The notes beneath the pieces are model-generated. The model was given only the letters and a program-made list of their open reading frames with translations, did not search any database and was not told where the DNA came from. This document shows, piece by piece, positions 1 to 12,058 of a stretch of DNA of 64,000 bases. Location of the stretch: contig OZ024748.1 of NCBI GenBank assembly GCA_964016885.1, positions 868,001 through 932,000 of the forward strand. The letters are read 5' to 3'. The DNA is from Eledone cirrhosa. Taxonomy: Eukaryota. The translations under genes and the position numbers were made by a program. Numbering within the stretch: the first letter of the stretch is position 1; each line of letters begins with the position of its first letter.

Positions 1-170
1 ACATTTGCCCCTCCCCGCTCTCTCAACACACACACATATATATGTAGAACATTTGCAAAGAGGATATATTTTATATCACTTGGTATGGTAGTTACCCAGC
101 AGAACCTGCATATTGAAAGGTGAAACTTATAAACAGAGCTGTCATAGCTAAAAATATAAAATAAAGCATT

Positions 171-213
<43 letters not shown>

Positions 214-244
214 TATATTATATATATATATATATGTCTGTGTG

Positions 245-339
245 TTATAAGGATGTTTTGCCCTATGGTTAAGCTTTTATAGTTTCGATAGCAAATGAAA
301 CAAAGCTTAGCTGTAGGGCAGAAGATCCACAGCTTATAA
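245..339 (+). other. Long RNA-type hairpin (22-bp contiguous stem plus basal extension)
   Basis: 256-277 ttttgccctatggttaagcttt pairs fully with 302-323 aaagcttagctgtagggcagaa using four G-U pairs. ggat/atcc and ttataa/ttataa extend the stem. Confidence 0.5.
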
Positions 340-1160
340 GTATAGAATACTAACTTGAATAATGGTTTTAGCAGTCTCAACAAGTAACATTTCAAGTGTA
401 TATATATTTAGTATACATACACACACAAATGCATGTAAATATGTGTTCAAATTCCAAATGAGAGATAAGAGCACTTATTCAATATGACAACTACTTTATA
501 TATATATAGATATATATATCATGATGATGATGATATATATATAAATGAAAAGTATAGAAATTATTATGAGCAAGAAACACACAGTATTTCATAATATATA
601 AGTGACTATAGCGTCAAAATGGGAAAATAGTTAACGTAAGATGTGGGGAAAAATAATTCAAACCCAATTCAAAAAGAATCAGATATAGATTCATCCAACA
701 GAATTTAGTGAAATTCAGGGAAAAATCAATAGAGCCTTAACTCGTGATTAAATGAAGTTTAAAATACTCATCCTTCAATTTGGAAAAACTACAAATGCTC
801 TGTATAGTCATGAAAAGACTATTTGACGAAACTTTCAGTAGGGATGGTCATGGTTGGATTCGATCATCAACAGAGCTCAACACAATAACCAAAATCTCAC
901 TGATTATAATATGCCAAAAAGGGAATTTAAAAGCAGGCTAGTTCGACATCATGCGTAATTATGAAAATAAAACGCACATGTGGAGACAGGGCTGGTGACG
1001 TCAGAATGAGACGAATGTTTGTTTACATGAAATAACAGTCAAAAACATTCCGAAAAAAAACCTCTACAATTCAGTAAAAAGCAATATTATCGCGTTTAAA
1101 AAAAAAAAATAAAATAAATTTTTTATATATATATAAATTAGTTGTCATATCTATCTATAT

Positions 1161-1233
<73 letters not shown>

Positions 1234-1294
1234 TAGTTGTCATATATATATAAAATAAATAAATGAATAAATTAGTTGCCATATATCTATCTAT

Positions 1295-1532
1295 CTAAGG
1301 CGGGTAAAATTCCCGAGATCCGTGGACGAGTTCTCTCCAGCGGTCTCTATCCCTCATTATCGCTGCCATGTCCTGCGTCTCCAACAGACCAGTGTCTGTC
1401 CTTAGGGCATCAACATACGTTAACCTTGGTCTTCCTCTTCTAGTGTGTCCATGTAGGGGCTCCCAAAGGAGCACTGAGTGCAATGTCAACTCTGGATGTC
1501 GGTGAGCATGTCCAGCTAACCTCAGTCTCCTC

Positions 1533-1537
<5 letters not shown>
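1295..1537 (-). mobile_element. 3' fragment of an RTE-clade LINE ORF
   Basis: Translation QRRLRLAGHAHRH...LLWEP...RRGRPRLTYVDALRTDTG...RDRWR matches the RTE C-terminal motifs. It is bounded by (TA)n. Confidence 0.8.
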
Positions 1538-1572
<35 letters not shown>

Positions 1573-1589
1573 ATAAATTAGTTGTCATA

Positions 1590-1971
1590 TCATCATCATC
1601 ATTTTACGTTCACTTTTTCTCTGCTTGCAAAGGTGGGACGGGAACATATTCTGGCTTGATTTCTACAGCTGGATGCCCTTCCTAACACCAACCTCATTTT
1701 ACAGTGAGTGCTGGGTGCTTTTTTTCCGTGGCGCCTACATGTCCACTTTACAGTGTGGCTGGGTGGTTTTTTGCCGTGGCACCTCCACGACCACTTTGCA
1801 GTGGAATGATAGGGACCCCACTCCCTATCATCTCATTTCTACAGCTGAGTAAACTGGAGCAATGTGAAATAAAGTGTCTTGCTCAAGGATACAACACATC
1901 ACCCGGTCTGAGAATTGAACTCACAAACCTTTCGATTTCAAGCCCAATGCTCTAACTACTAAGCTATGTGC

Positions 1972-1972
<1 letters not shown>
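1590..1972 (-). mobile_element. tRNA-derived SINE (family 1) with CORE-like middle and RTE-derived (ATG)n tail
   Basis: Reverse strand has A/B-box-like tagcttagtagttag...gagttcaattc, then ccttgagcaagacac and ggaagggcatccagc. The tail is shared with the RTE at 18653-18692. Near-identical copies lie at 25256-25582 and 40240-40560. Confidence 0.85.
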
Positions 1973-2049
<77 letters not shown>

Positions 2050-2050
2050 T

Positions 2051-2068
<18 letters not shown>
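1971..2068. repeat. (CT)n microsatellite
   Basis: Direct reading. Confidence 0.95.
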
Positions 2069-2082
<14 letters not shown>

Positions 2083-2961
2083 AGTTGTCATATATATTAT
2101 ATATGAAATTGATAACTTCACTTAGAGATACTTAGTTTATGTTACCACATGTCCAAAGTGAGATTGACATGTGGGTAACATGAAGATTCAACTCCCTGTA
2201 GTTATCAGCCCCCCCCCCCCCACACACACACAACTGTTTGCCAGAAAAACAACACACAACAAAATGATATATCATATTCAATGTCACAACAGTATGGTAA
2301 AACAGTCAAAAATATTTTGATAGTAAACACAAAAGTGCTTTCAAGTTTGTATCATAGTAAATATTTCTTAATAGTGTTATTATAAACTCATTTTCTTGTT
2401 AGTAGTTGCTTCTGTCTGTTTGTCTTTCTCTCTCTCCCTCTTTACTCCCACCAAATACATCTTTATTATTGTGTTTCTAGAAAAGTTATCCATAGTTCTC
2501 TTCCTGTTATTTCTTTAGCGTTCACCTCATCTATAATTATATATTATATACGATGTCTACGAATTTTACTAAGCTGAAATGGAATTTAAAAAAAAAAAAA
2601 AACTTTTTTTTTCTAATTTAGTGAAAAATATAAATAACATTTATTTTCTTCCCTCTTTTTAATTACTTTTTAGGATGTAACAAAATTGATATATTTAATA
2701 TTTTTATTATTATTAGCATTATAATTCACATAATCATATTTTTTGCCTATCTTAACTGAAATATAATCCAATTTTTCATTTTGCTTAATTTAGTTTTATT
2801 TTGCTCAACTAATTTTTTTTTAACTCTTAAAAAATACAACAAAAAAACAAACAAAAAGCCAATTTGACTAACCTCTTATTTTATTTTTTTTATTATAAAT
2901 GTTTCAAATATTTTGTTCTTAGTTTATATATATATATATTAAAAAAAAAAAAATCTCTCAG

Positions 2962-2969
2962 GTATTGAT
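2962..2969 (+). CDS. Candidate 8-nt microexon (or AG|GT recursive splice site) of the host gene
   Basis: ctctcag|gtattgat|gtaagt has a perfect donor, and a branch-like tgactaac lies near 2865. The pyrimidine tract is poor. Confidence 0.3.
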
Positions 2970-3163
2970 GTAAGTAATTTTAACTATTTATAAAATTGAT
3001 CATGCCCCCAAAATTGATTACATTTTCTCACATAATATTAATGCATAAAAATGTTTTACTTGAACCATGGATATTGTTTAGTTCTTCGGCAAAGAAAAAA
3101 TAAAATAAGGGTTCTTGAAGTTAATGCTCTCTGGATGCTTTTTCTGGGAAATCTCCTCAGCAT

Positions 3164-3197
<34 letters not shown>

Positions 3198-3712
3198 GTA
3201 TATATATAATATATATATATATGTGTATATATCTTAAGGGCATGAAGCCAACATAGTGATGAAAGGTGTGAACAAATATTCACATACTCACTCTCCTTCT
3301 TTTGCTGGTCTGCGTTTGAAAGACTTATATATCTATACACCTGTTTATGGTATAGTGTGTCAGTTTTTCAATGGCAATCAATTTTAATTTTACAATCTTT
3401 GCAGATGTTTTAAAAACCAAAAGTGATATATAATTTGCATTCATATACACAATTAATATTTTAAAGTTTGAAACGTTTTCACTGCATTAAGAGAAACTAT
3501 CTAGCTAACAGTGTGTGCATGTGTACGCACACACATATATATATATCTGCTTATATATTATATGTATGTGTATGTGTGTGTGTGTGTGTGTGTAAATATA
3601 TATGTAGTTGTATGTCTGCATAAAATATAAATAATTCATAGTTTGTATAATTGTGTACACATAACATATAAATCAAATCAAATTTGAACACAGGTGGGCT
3701 TTCATATTTTAT

Positions 3713-4142
3713 TATATATTTTCACAACGACTTTCATGTCTTCTGGGACATTCTTCAGATGAATGTTGACATCACTATATTTCCTCAGTGAACCTATATC
3801 TAGGTGGTGCTCATGTTGCACAAGGGAGATAATCTTTTCATAAAGTTTTTATAAACTTCATTGCAAGTGAAGGGTAAAACGAAAGAACCCATTTCTGAAT
3901 CAATAACGATATTGATTTGATTCAGTTTAGGTTCAATTGGTCTCTTCTCTAATTTTTATTAATTTGGACAATTTTGACCTATGTATGGCATAAAAATAAC
4001 ACCCAGTTATAAAATTCATGTGCGATAAATTATCTCCCTTTCACAACACTAACGCCACCTAGATATATTGATAATTGCCATATTAATAATATTCACCTGA
4101 AAAATGTCCCAGAAGACATGAAAGTACTTGTGAAAATATATA
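3713..4142. mobile_element. Penelope-like element remnant: inverted terminal arms with hammerhead motifs
   Basis: Arms 3713-3833 and 4029-4142 are imperfect reverse complements. Each has CUGA(A/G)A-stemII-GAAA. The spacer on the minus strand reads ...IEPKLNQ, resembling the PxLN end of Penelope GIY-YIG ORFs. Confidence 0.6.
4089..4139 (+). ncRNA. Minimal type I hammerhead ribozyme motif (core variant CUGAAAA)
   Basis: ttcac-CTGAAAA-atgtc/ccagaa/gacat-GAAA-gtac-tt-gtgaa gives stem I ttcac/gtgaa, a 5-bp stem II and a palindromic stem III. The minus copy at 3715-3766 has canonical CUGAAGA. Confidence 0.6.
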
Positions 4143-4591
4143 TGAATATCTGTATGTCTAGTGGGTATATATGTGTGTGTTTGTGTGTGAAAGCTGTTAG
4201 AAATATTTCAAAATAAATATTTAGAAACTATGAAGTGAAACCTATATCATTTGAGCTGTATATGTTTGTAAAGTTTTACTTTCATTAGAAACATCATAGC
4301 ATTGAAATAGTGATTTGTTATGATTTTTTTTCTTCTTTCCCTTTTAAATCTATTTGCAGACCAGCTCAGTTGGAAAGCCTTTACTAAAAAAATAAATACA
4401 ATAAATAAATAAATATAAAATGTTCTTTTTCTTTTTCTCATTACATAATAATATGACTAACAATTTGAAAAATATTCTATGCTTGTAATGTAGGCAAAAA
4501 GACACGAGCATTTTTGCACTATGCTATTTGTCTGTAGCTATTGATATTTAATAGTTTTTTTGTTTTTTTTTGCATGTCTGTTTAATATAAT

Positions 4592-4651
<60 letters not shown>

Positions 4652-4710
4652 CATTTGAAATTTTCTCGTGCATGACTGGTTTCTGTAATCTTTTCTTTTC
4701 TTCCCCTCAG

Positions 4711-4733
4711 ATACTGAAGTTATTGTATCACAG
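4711..4733 (+). CDS. Candidate 23-nt microexon (DTEVIVSQ or ILKLLYH depending on phase)
   Basis: Strong acceptor ttttcttttcttcccctcag, donor cag|gtacca, and TGCATG at 4571 and 4669. Confidence 0.45.
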
Positions 4734-5619
4734 GTACCATATGAAATTCTTCAGAGTGTGTGTGTGCGTGTATATATATATATATATATATGTGTGTATA
4801 TATATGTATATATATATATATAATGTCATTAATGAACATTGTGTTGTAGATTTTTTTTTCACCTTGGAAAATAAAAATTGTCTCTCTAGTGATTTGTTTA
4901 GTTTAAAAAATGCTGCTCTTAAACTGGTTATGTATCATAATTAGGATGGAATTTATTATTATTATTATTATTATTTTTTAGATTAGCTACCTATCTGTTT
5001 AGTAAACAATTCTCCTTGATACTAAATTCCTCAAATGTAGCTGTTACTTCTGAAAATAAAATATATTTAAATCGAATAAATTCAGTGGTTAAATGAAGAA
5101 TATATAAGTGAATATTTACATTTATTTATAATTGATTAATAAATTAATTAGATATGAATTTATAATTAATATTTTAAACTTTGTTTATTTGTGTAGTATA
5201 GTAAGCATGGCAATTATAAAGAAGACAAATCTAGTTTAAAGCACTTTTATGTTTCTTATACTAAAACATAACTCTCTTTCTCTCTGTATGTATGTGTAGT
5301 TGTGTATGGTTCTTTCTAAAACAGTTACTAGATCTCTCTTTATTATCTAAATCTCTTCACTAACAATTATTTCTTATCTCCCCTTGTATTAACCACACCC
5401 TGGTTGGTTGGTTGGCTGCTTTGCAGACTTTTCTCTCATTTTTGCACATATTTCAAGCTAGATAGCTACTGCAAGATAATGTTTCTGGTTACTAATATTT
5501 ATATACAAACACAATATATGTATATATGTATTGTCTGTTGAGGAGAATATATAAAGGCAATACAGTGATGTATGCGAGGGATGTAAGTTGTTCAGATAAT
5601 GAGATATGAATTGTTTCAG

Positions 5620-5800
5620 TGTTGGTAGTATTGGTAGAGTGTCAGACAACATGCTTTGCAGCATAGTTATAACCCTTTACGTTCTGTGTTCAAATCCTGT
5701 TGAGGTTAGCTTTGCCTTTCAATCTTATGGGGGGGGGGGGGATCGATATGCACTGGGGTCAATTTAATCAATTTTCCCTCTCCCCTAAAATTGCTAGCAT
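5620..5800 (+). mobile_element. SINE family 2, degraded copy
   Basis: gttggtagtattggtagagtgtcagac...gttcaaatcctgttgaggttagctttgcctttca matches the copies at 45305 and 56315. Confidence 0.7.
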
Positions 5801-6236
5801 AAATACAAAAGGGCTTTACCCTATTTTATAACCCATTTTAAAGCATCTACGCGCATGAGCACAACACTATATATATATGTATGTATATAGTTTGCCATTT
5901 TTCAAGTTGTATTATTTGAAATGTTCTATATTAGGAATTGATTTCAACAAATAATCATTGATTCATATCATTTTACAAAATGTGAGCTTTCTATGTGTAT
6001 GCACATGTATTTAGGCAGGAAATCAGGTAGATGTGTGGAGGGAAATCTACATCATTATGGTGTCATTTGCTCCTCCAAGTAGAACTTGATCTGGTGTCAA
6101 TGATATATACTGAAGCATTATAACCTTTATTGAAATATGTTTCAGAGTTGAGCTGTTGCTTCTATTTTGAATTGTATCTGATAAAGATGTTAGGTACTCT
6201 AACTATATTGTTGGAACAGATGGTCCAGCATCTCTT

Positions 6237-6448
6237 TTAACCCTTTAGCATTTAAACCAGAATTCTCTGGCCAGAATTCTCTCACCTCTTTCTGTTCAAA
6301 CAGGCCATAACCAGCTGGTCATACTGAGGTTAAGGTGTTGTTCCCAAAATAAATATCAAAATTTTGTAGATTTGATATAGTGTGAGATAAAGTGTTTAGT
6401 ATGAAAATAAAATAGTAAATATAGAGTAATGTAAATGCTAAAGGGTCA
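6237..6448 (+). mobile_element. piggyBac-like MITE family A
   Basis: TTAA-CCCTTTAGCATTT...AAATGCTAAAGGG TIRs, ~210 bp, eight copies in the window. Confidence 0.85.
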
Positions 6449-6662
6449 GTCAGGACCCAGTAATGAGCTGGTACCTAAATATTCTACAACCTGGCAGGCT
6501 TGCTATTTGTGTTGCAGTTGAGAAACAAGGAGTGTGTGTTTGGTTTCTTCAGAATACTTTTCTAGTGAATTATCTAGTCTGACAAAATGGAGAGTCCAAC
6601 ATGGGTTTGGAAACTAAAAATGCCTGAAAATTGGGCGTATACCCTATAAGGAACAGGATTCA

Positions 6663-6857
6663 CCCTTTAGCATTTAAAGTGGTCATATCCAATCAAAATT
6701 CTCTCATCTCTTTCTGTTCAAACCAGCTGTAACTGGCCACTCGTTAAGGTATTATTCTCAAAATAAATAATATCAAAATCTCACAGATTCAATATTATGT
6801 AAGGTAAAGCCTTTACCGTGAAAATATAATAAATATAGAGCAATGTAAATACTAAAG
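6663..6857 (+). mobile_element. piggyBac-like MITE family A
   Basis: Same TIR and body as 6237, with decayed ends. Confidence 0.8.
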
Positions 6858-7228
6858 TCCTTCTGAGGCCCTAAGCACTAAAAAGATTATGGTGTGGTGT
6901 CCTTCCCTTCCCCCTCAAAGCTGCAATTTTTTTAATGACATACACAAGCCATCAAGTTAAGACATGTATTGTAAACGTGTTTGTGGCTACTCAGAGTATC
7001 AATCGCTCTCTCTCTTTCTCTAGCTACAAACCAGTAATTCCATCTGCTTAAGGACTAAATTACTTTAGAGATTTACTATCTGAACAAATCCATTATATAT
7101 TTATCTAATATATTATCTATTATATTAATTTTAATTAAGAGCAACTTTTGCCTTCTATTTCATCTCATATATTTTCTAAAATTGTCATTCTTTTTTGTTT
7201 TTGCCTGAAAAGATGAAAGACAAATATT

Positions 7229-7282
<54 letters not shown>

Positions 7283-7538
7283 TTATTGTTCTCCGAAATT
7301 CTGTATTCTTTTAATAATTCATAATTTTGCTTTTAATGTTTATTTATTATTATTTTTTTTTAATTTTCCATAAATATTAACATGGCTATTAATTTAATAA
7401 AAAAATTAAAATTTTTAAAATTTTTATAGAAATTATTCTTTAAACTTGATCTATATATGCCCCTGCTCCAAACACATACATGCACACATATTTATATATG
7501 TGTGTATGTATGTATATATATATAAACCCCTCTCTCAG

Positions 7539-7549
7539 TTTAAATTCAG
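7539..7549 (+). CDS. Candidate 11-nt microexon
   Basis: cccctctctcag|tttaaattcag|gtaaat. Confidence 0.3.
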
Positions 7550-7818
7550 GTAAATATAATTCTTTCCACCATATTTTAAGGTATAAACCATTATCTGACT
7601 TCAATGCTTTTTTTTTTTTTTTTTTGTTGAGAACTCCTGAGAAAAATTGTCAACCATTTATTGCACTGTTTCCAATGATTACCTTTAAATCCTGTTTTAT
7701 TTTATTTTTAATTCCATAATTTATATGCAGAAAAATCTGTAACTAACTTTTGAAAAAAAAAAATTTTTTTTTTTTGCAAAATAAATCTTTTTACTAATTC
7801 ACTTTTTTTTTTTGCCTG

Positions 7819-7868
<50 letters not shown>

Positions 7869-7900
7869 CCTGTAATGTATATATTTTTTAGCTTCTGATA

Positions 7901-8109
7901 ATAACTCTTAACATCCTGTGATGATTTCTACAAAATTACCTAAAATTGGGATTGTTATGTCAAATGTTTATAGTATTTATACTTGTAGACAGATCATTGT
8001 GAAAATTTGCAGTGTTAAAGACTTAAATGTTTAATTTGATGCTCTTTTGTACTTTTCAAAAATGTCTCACTTAATGCAGTTTCCTGTCCTACAGGATGTT
8101 AAGAGTTAA
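7901..8109. mobile_element. piggyBac-like MITE family B
   Basis: (A)TAA-ctcttaacatcctgt...acaggatgttaagag-TTAA perfect TIR. A diverged full-length relative lies at 27222-27427. Confidence 0.65.
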
Positions 8110-8233
8110 GCTTTGCAGTTTAATATATTTTTTTTTTTCTTAAAATTTCCAACTGATCATTTATGCAAATTTATTTCTGCAGCTCAAACAGATGTTTGTG
8201 TGTATGTGTTTGTTACTCCTCCCCTCTCTCTCT

Positions 8234-8310
<77 letters not shown>

Positions 8311-8375
8311 CATACACATGTCTTGAGATTTTGTTTTTAACCCTATCAATTTTACAGATATATATATCCATCATG

Positions 8376-8473
<98 letters not shown>

Positions 8474-8526
8474 ATGTGTATACAGATGTATGTGTATATA
8501 TGTGTATATGTATGTATATACATATG

Positions 8527-8579
<53 letters not shown>

Positions 8580-8660
8580 CTTGCTAATGTTTGATTGGCA
8601 CTAGTTTATCATATTCTCTCCCTTATGAGTTGTCTTGTAGATGTTATCCCTATTTAACAC

Positions 8661-8957
8661 TGCAGTTCTCAGCCTGGGGTTTAAGACCTCCCATGGGCGG
8701 GGATGGGTTGCAACTAGTTGGCTTCCAAGACCTCTACAGGGCACCGGAGTTATTAGTCTTAGTTCAAAATATTTAAGTGTTTTGTTAAAAACATAACATA
8801 TACACATTATTGGGTGTCCAGTCTTCTAAACATTTCTCTCCTTTGATTGTTATTTTCAAAGAATAACATCTGGAGCAGAAGTAATTGTAGTGGCAGTCCC
8901 ATGAGGAAATACATTCATATAAAAGAGGTCTATGGTGTGGAAAGGTTGGAAATCACT
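8661..8957. mobile_element. hAT-like MITE remnant
   Basis: gcagttctcagcctgggg...ggttggaaatcactg resembles hAT CAGTGGTTCTCAACCT termini. Confidence 0.4.
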
Positions 8958-9049
8958 GGATTTGCATCTTAACATCTCTTTAAGTTTGTTACTATGTTTT
9001 CAATTTTTCATTTTGTGTGTGTATTAATTTGTTAGCCACATAATGATTT

Positions 9050-9455
9050 CTAGTATAGGCACAAGGCCAGCAATTTGGATGAAAGGGGAAAATCGGTTAA
9101 ATCGACCCCAGTATGTTACTGGTGCTTTATTTTATTGACCCCAAAAGGATGAAAAGCAAAGCTAACCTCAGTGGGAGTTGAACTTAATGTAAAGGGATGT
9201 AACTCTGCAAAGCATTTTGTCCGATGCTCTACCATTTCTGCTAATCCACGGCTCTTATAATAATAATAATAATAATTATTATTATTATTTCTGCTATGGG
9301 CACAAGGCCAATAATTTGAAGGGGAGGGGAAAATCGATTAAATTAACCCCAGTGCATGACTGGTACTTTATTTTATCAACCCTGTAAGGATGAAAGGCAA
9401 AGCTAAGCTTTGAACTCAGAAAGCATGGTGTCTGACGCTCTACCGATACTGCCAA
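9050..9455 (-). mobile_element. Two adjacent SINE family 2 copies
   Basis: ggcacaaggcca...actggtactttattttatc...aggatgaaaggcaaag, the reverse of the 45305 consensus, occurs twice. Confidence 0.8.
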
Positions 9456-10384
9456 AATAATAATAATAATAGTGGTAGTAGTTGTAATAAGTGGTAGTAG
9501 TAGTAATAGTATGGGATTACAGCATTTTAACATTAACTTAGAAATTAATTCAGAGGAAATGTATATGCTTTTGGTTTCTTTTTCAATTATTTTCCCCATC
9601 AACTATCCCTGAACATTTTAAATTGCTACCAGCTATACTTAAGTTACAAAAGTGAAAGGAAACAGAAAAATAAAATGGAGGAGGCACGTGTGTATGTACA
9701 TGTGTGTGTGTCTATATATATATAGAGAGAGAGATATGTATATATTATATACTTGCATGAAGATCACAGTTGCATGAAACTTGAGTAGCGAGAAAGAAAA
9801 TTCAGTCAAGAAGCAATATATATGCATATGTTTGTGTGTGTGTGTGTATATGTGTATACACATACATGCCTTTATGTGTATATGTGTATACATACATGCC
9901 TTTACATGTATGTGTATGTATATATATATATATATAGTGTTGTGACTAAGATGCTGGTGTAATGAACTCTGTAGTGAAACCTATAATACACAAGACTATA
10001 TTATATACTATGTTCTCTTTAGTTAACTTAACTGAATGAAGCATATATCCTCCACCACCATCATGGCTTAGTAAGGGATTAAGTGGTAGGAATGTCACCT
10101 AGCTGCTACTGTTAGTCTTCTAAAACACATTCACCTAACAACAACAATTCTTGTTCAGAACCATCCAACCATTACAACAGGATTAAACATTGCTTTTTTT
10201 CCCCTTTCCTCTTCAGTTAGAAGCTTCATACATGTATATTATATATATATCTGTGTATTTAGTATGCTTTACATACACGTTTACATGTCCCCCTCCCCCT
10301 CTCTAATATACATATGTATAATGTTCAAGTAAGGAAGTGGGGTCTCACCCATTGCTATAATACTGAATCAAGTAGAACCTAGAT

Positions 10385-10606
10385 CTGCCTTGTCCCCATA
10401 ATAATTGTTTCTACTTTTGGCACAAGGCCAGCAATTATCCCAGTGTATTACTGGTACTTTATTTTATCGACCCTGTAAGGATGAAAGGCAAAGTCAACCT
10501 CGCCGGGATTTGAACTCAGACCATAAAGGGACGTAACTATGTTAGAAAGCATAGCGTCCGACCCTCTACCGATACTGCCAATCCACTGCCTTGTCCCCAT
10601 AATAAT
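10385..10606 (-). mobile_element. SINE family 2 with ~21-bp flanking direct repeat (TSD)
   Basis: ctgccttgtccccataataat at 10385-10405 and 10586-10606 flanks a full copy. Confidence 0.88.
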
Positions 10607-10609
10607 GGC

Positions 10610-10820
10610 TTAACCCTTTAGCATTTATATTACTCTATATTTACTATTATATTTTCATGGTAAAGGCTTTATGTCACATAATAACGAATCTGAGATTTTG
10701 ATATTTATTTTGAGAAAAATACCTTAACATAAGTATGAGTGGTCAGTTGCGGCCTGTTTGAACAGAAAGAGGTGAGAGAATTCTGGCCAGATATGGCTGA
10801 TGTAAATGCTAAAGGGTTAA
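10610..10820 (-). mobile_element. piggyBac-like MITE family A (opposite orientation)
   Basis: TTAA on both sides, intact TIRs. Confidence 0.88.
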
Positions 10821-11294
10821 GAGTTCAGGTTTGATGTCCAGCATATAGCTGTCACTATTACCTTTTCTATTTAATCCCCTCCCACTGTGTGCCTGTTTTT
10901 GTATGTGTGAAGATAGATACCTCCTAAAATCAGACATCCCTGCTATCCTGCCCCCACCTCCAAAAATCAGACATTTCAGTAAAATTGACTTTGTTTACTT
11001 TATCTGGGCCTATGTTTAGCTGTTTGAGTATCCAAAACACATTTGTATGCTTTTGGCACCCAAAGAGTTAATTAACAGGTCCTAAATTAGTCTGTTATTG
11101 AGTAATTAATAATAACAAAGAGAAGTAGATTGTGTCAGAGATTAAAGTTTTACGATGCAGCTCATCAATTATCAACATGATTATCTAGAATGTTTTTTAA
11201 GGTCAGGGTTACAGCTATAGTTGTACCACCACCACTATTGATAATAGAGAGCCATTGTATTTGGTTGCTAGCTTCTGAATGGTAAAAAAAGGAG

Positions 11295-11509
11295 TTAACT
11301 CTTTAGCATTTACATTACTCTATATTTACTATTGTTTTCACGGTATATACTTTATTTCACATAATTATCTCACATAATATCGAATCTACGAGATTTTGAT
11401 ATTATTTATTTTGAGAACAATACCTTAACATGAGTATAAGTAGCCAGTTTGAACAGAAGGAGGTGAGAGTTCTGGCCAAATATGGCCAGTTTAAATGCTA
11501 AAGGGTTAA
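11295..11509 (-). mobile_element. piggyBac-like MITE family A (opposite orientation)
   Basis: TTAA on both sides, intact TIRs. Confidence 0.88.
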
Positions 11510-11730
11510 GTCAGTTGTGGCTCAAATTATCATCTTGATTATTAATCACTGACTCATATTTCTCTTCAGAGGTAAACTACAACTAGATGATTGATACTTC
11601 ACCTGTATTGTTGGAAATGTCAGACACATGTCATTCCTTTCCTTGTAATGTTAGATAGTATCCATATTAGATGCATGACTATTGAGAGTTCAAGTTATCT
11701 GTAGCAATTTTGTCTTTGTTTACCTTTGAG

Positions 11731-12058
11731 CAGTGGTTCCCAGCCTAGGATCTACAAAGTTTGTACAGGTGGTGTCTGAGTTACGTTCTAAATTTCAGTA
11801 CTTACTTAATCTATAGGACGCTGACATTTTTTTTATGAATTACTTCCCTTGACACTGCTTTAAGGTGACTTATGTTGCCGACAGCACCTAGAAGGTTAAT
11901 GACATAATATATACATACACATGTATAAATAAACATTTCTCTGTTTTAACTGAAATTCTCACTGTATCTGAGAGGTGTGTAATTGTAGTGGGATGTTCAA
12001 AGGGAGGTTCTTTTAGATAAAAATAGGTCCTTGGTAAGGAAAAGGATGGGAACCTCTG
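11731..12058. mobile_element. hAT-like MITE
   Basis: cagtggttcccagcct ... ggatgggaacctctg terminal inverted repeats. Confidence 0.5.

Noticed and set aside
7918-8100. C/D snoRNA (GTGATGA next to a terminal stem)
   Set aside because: There is no CTGA D box before the closing stem, and the stem is a MITE TIR.
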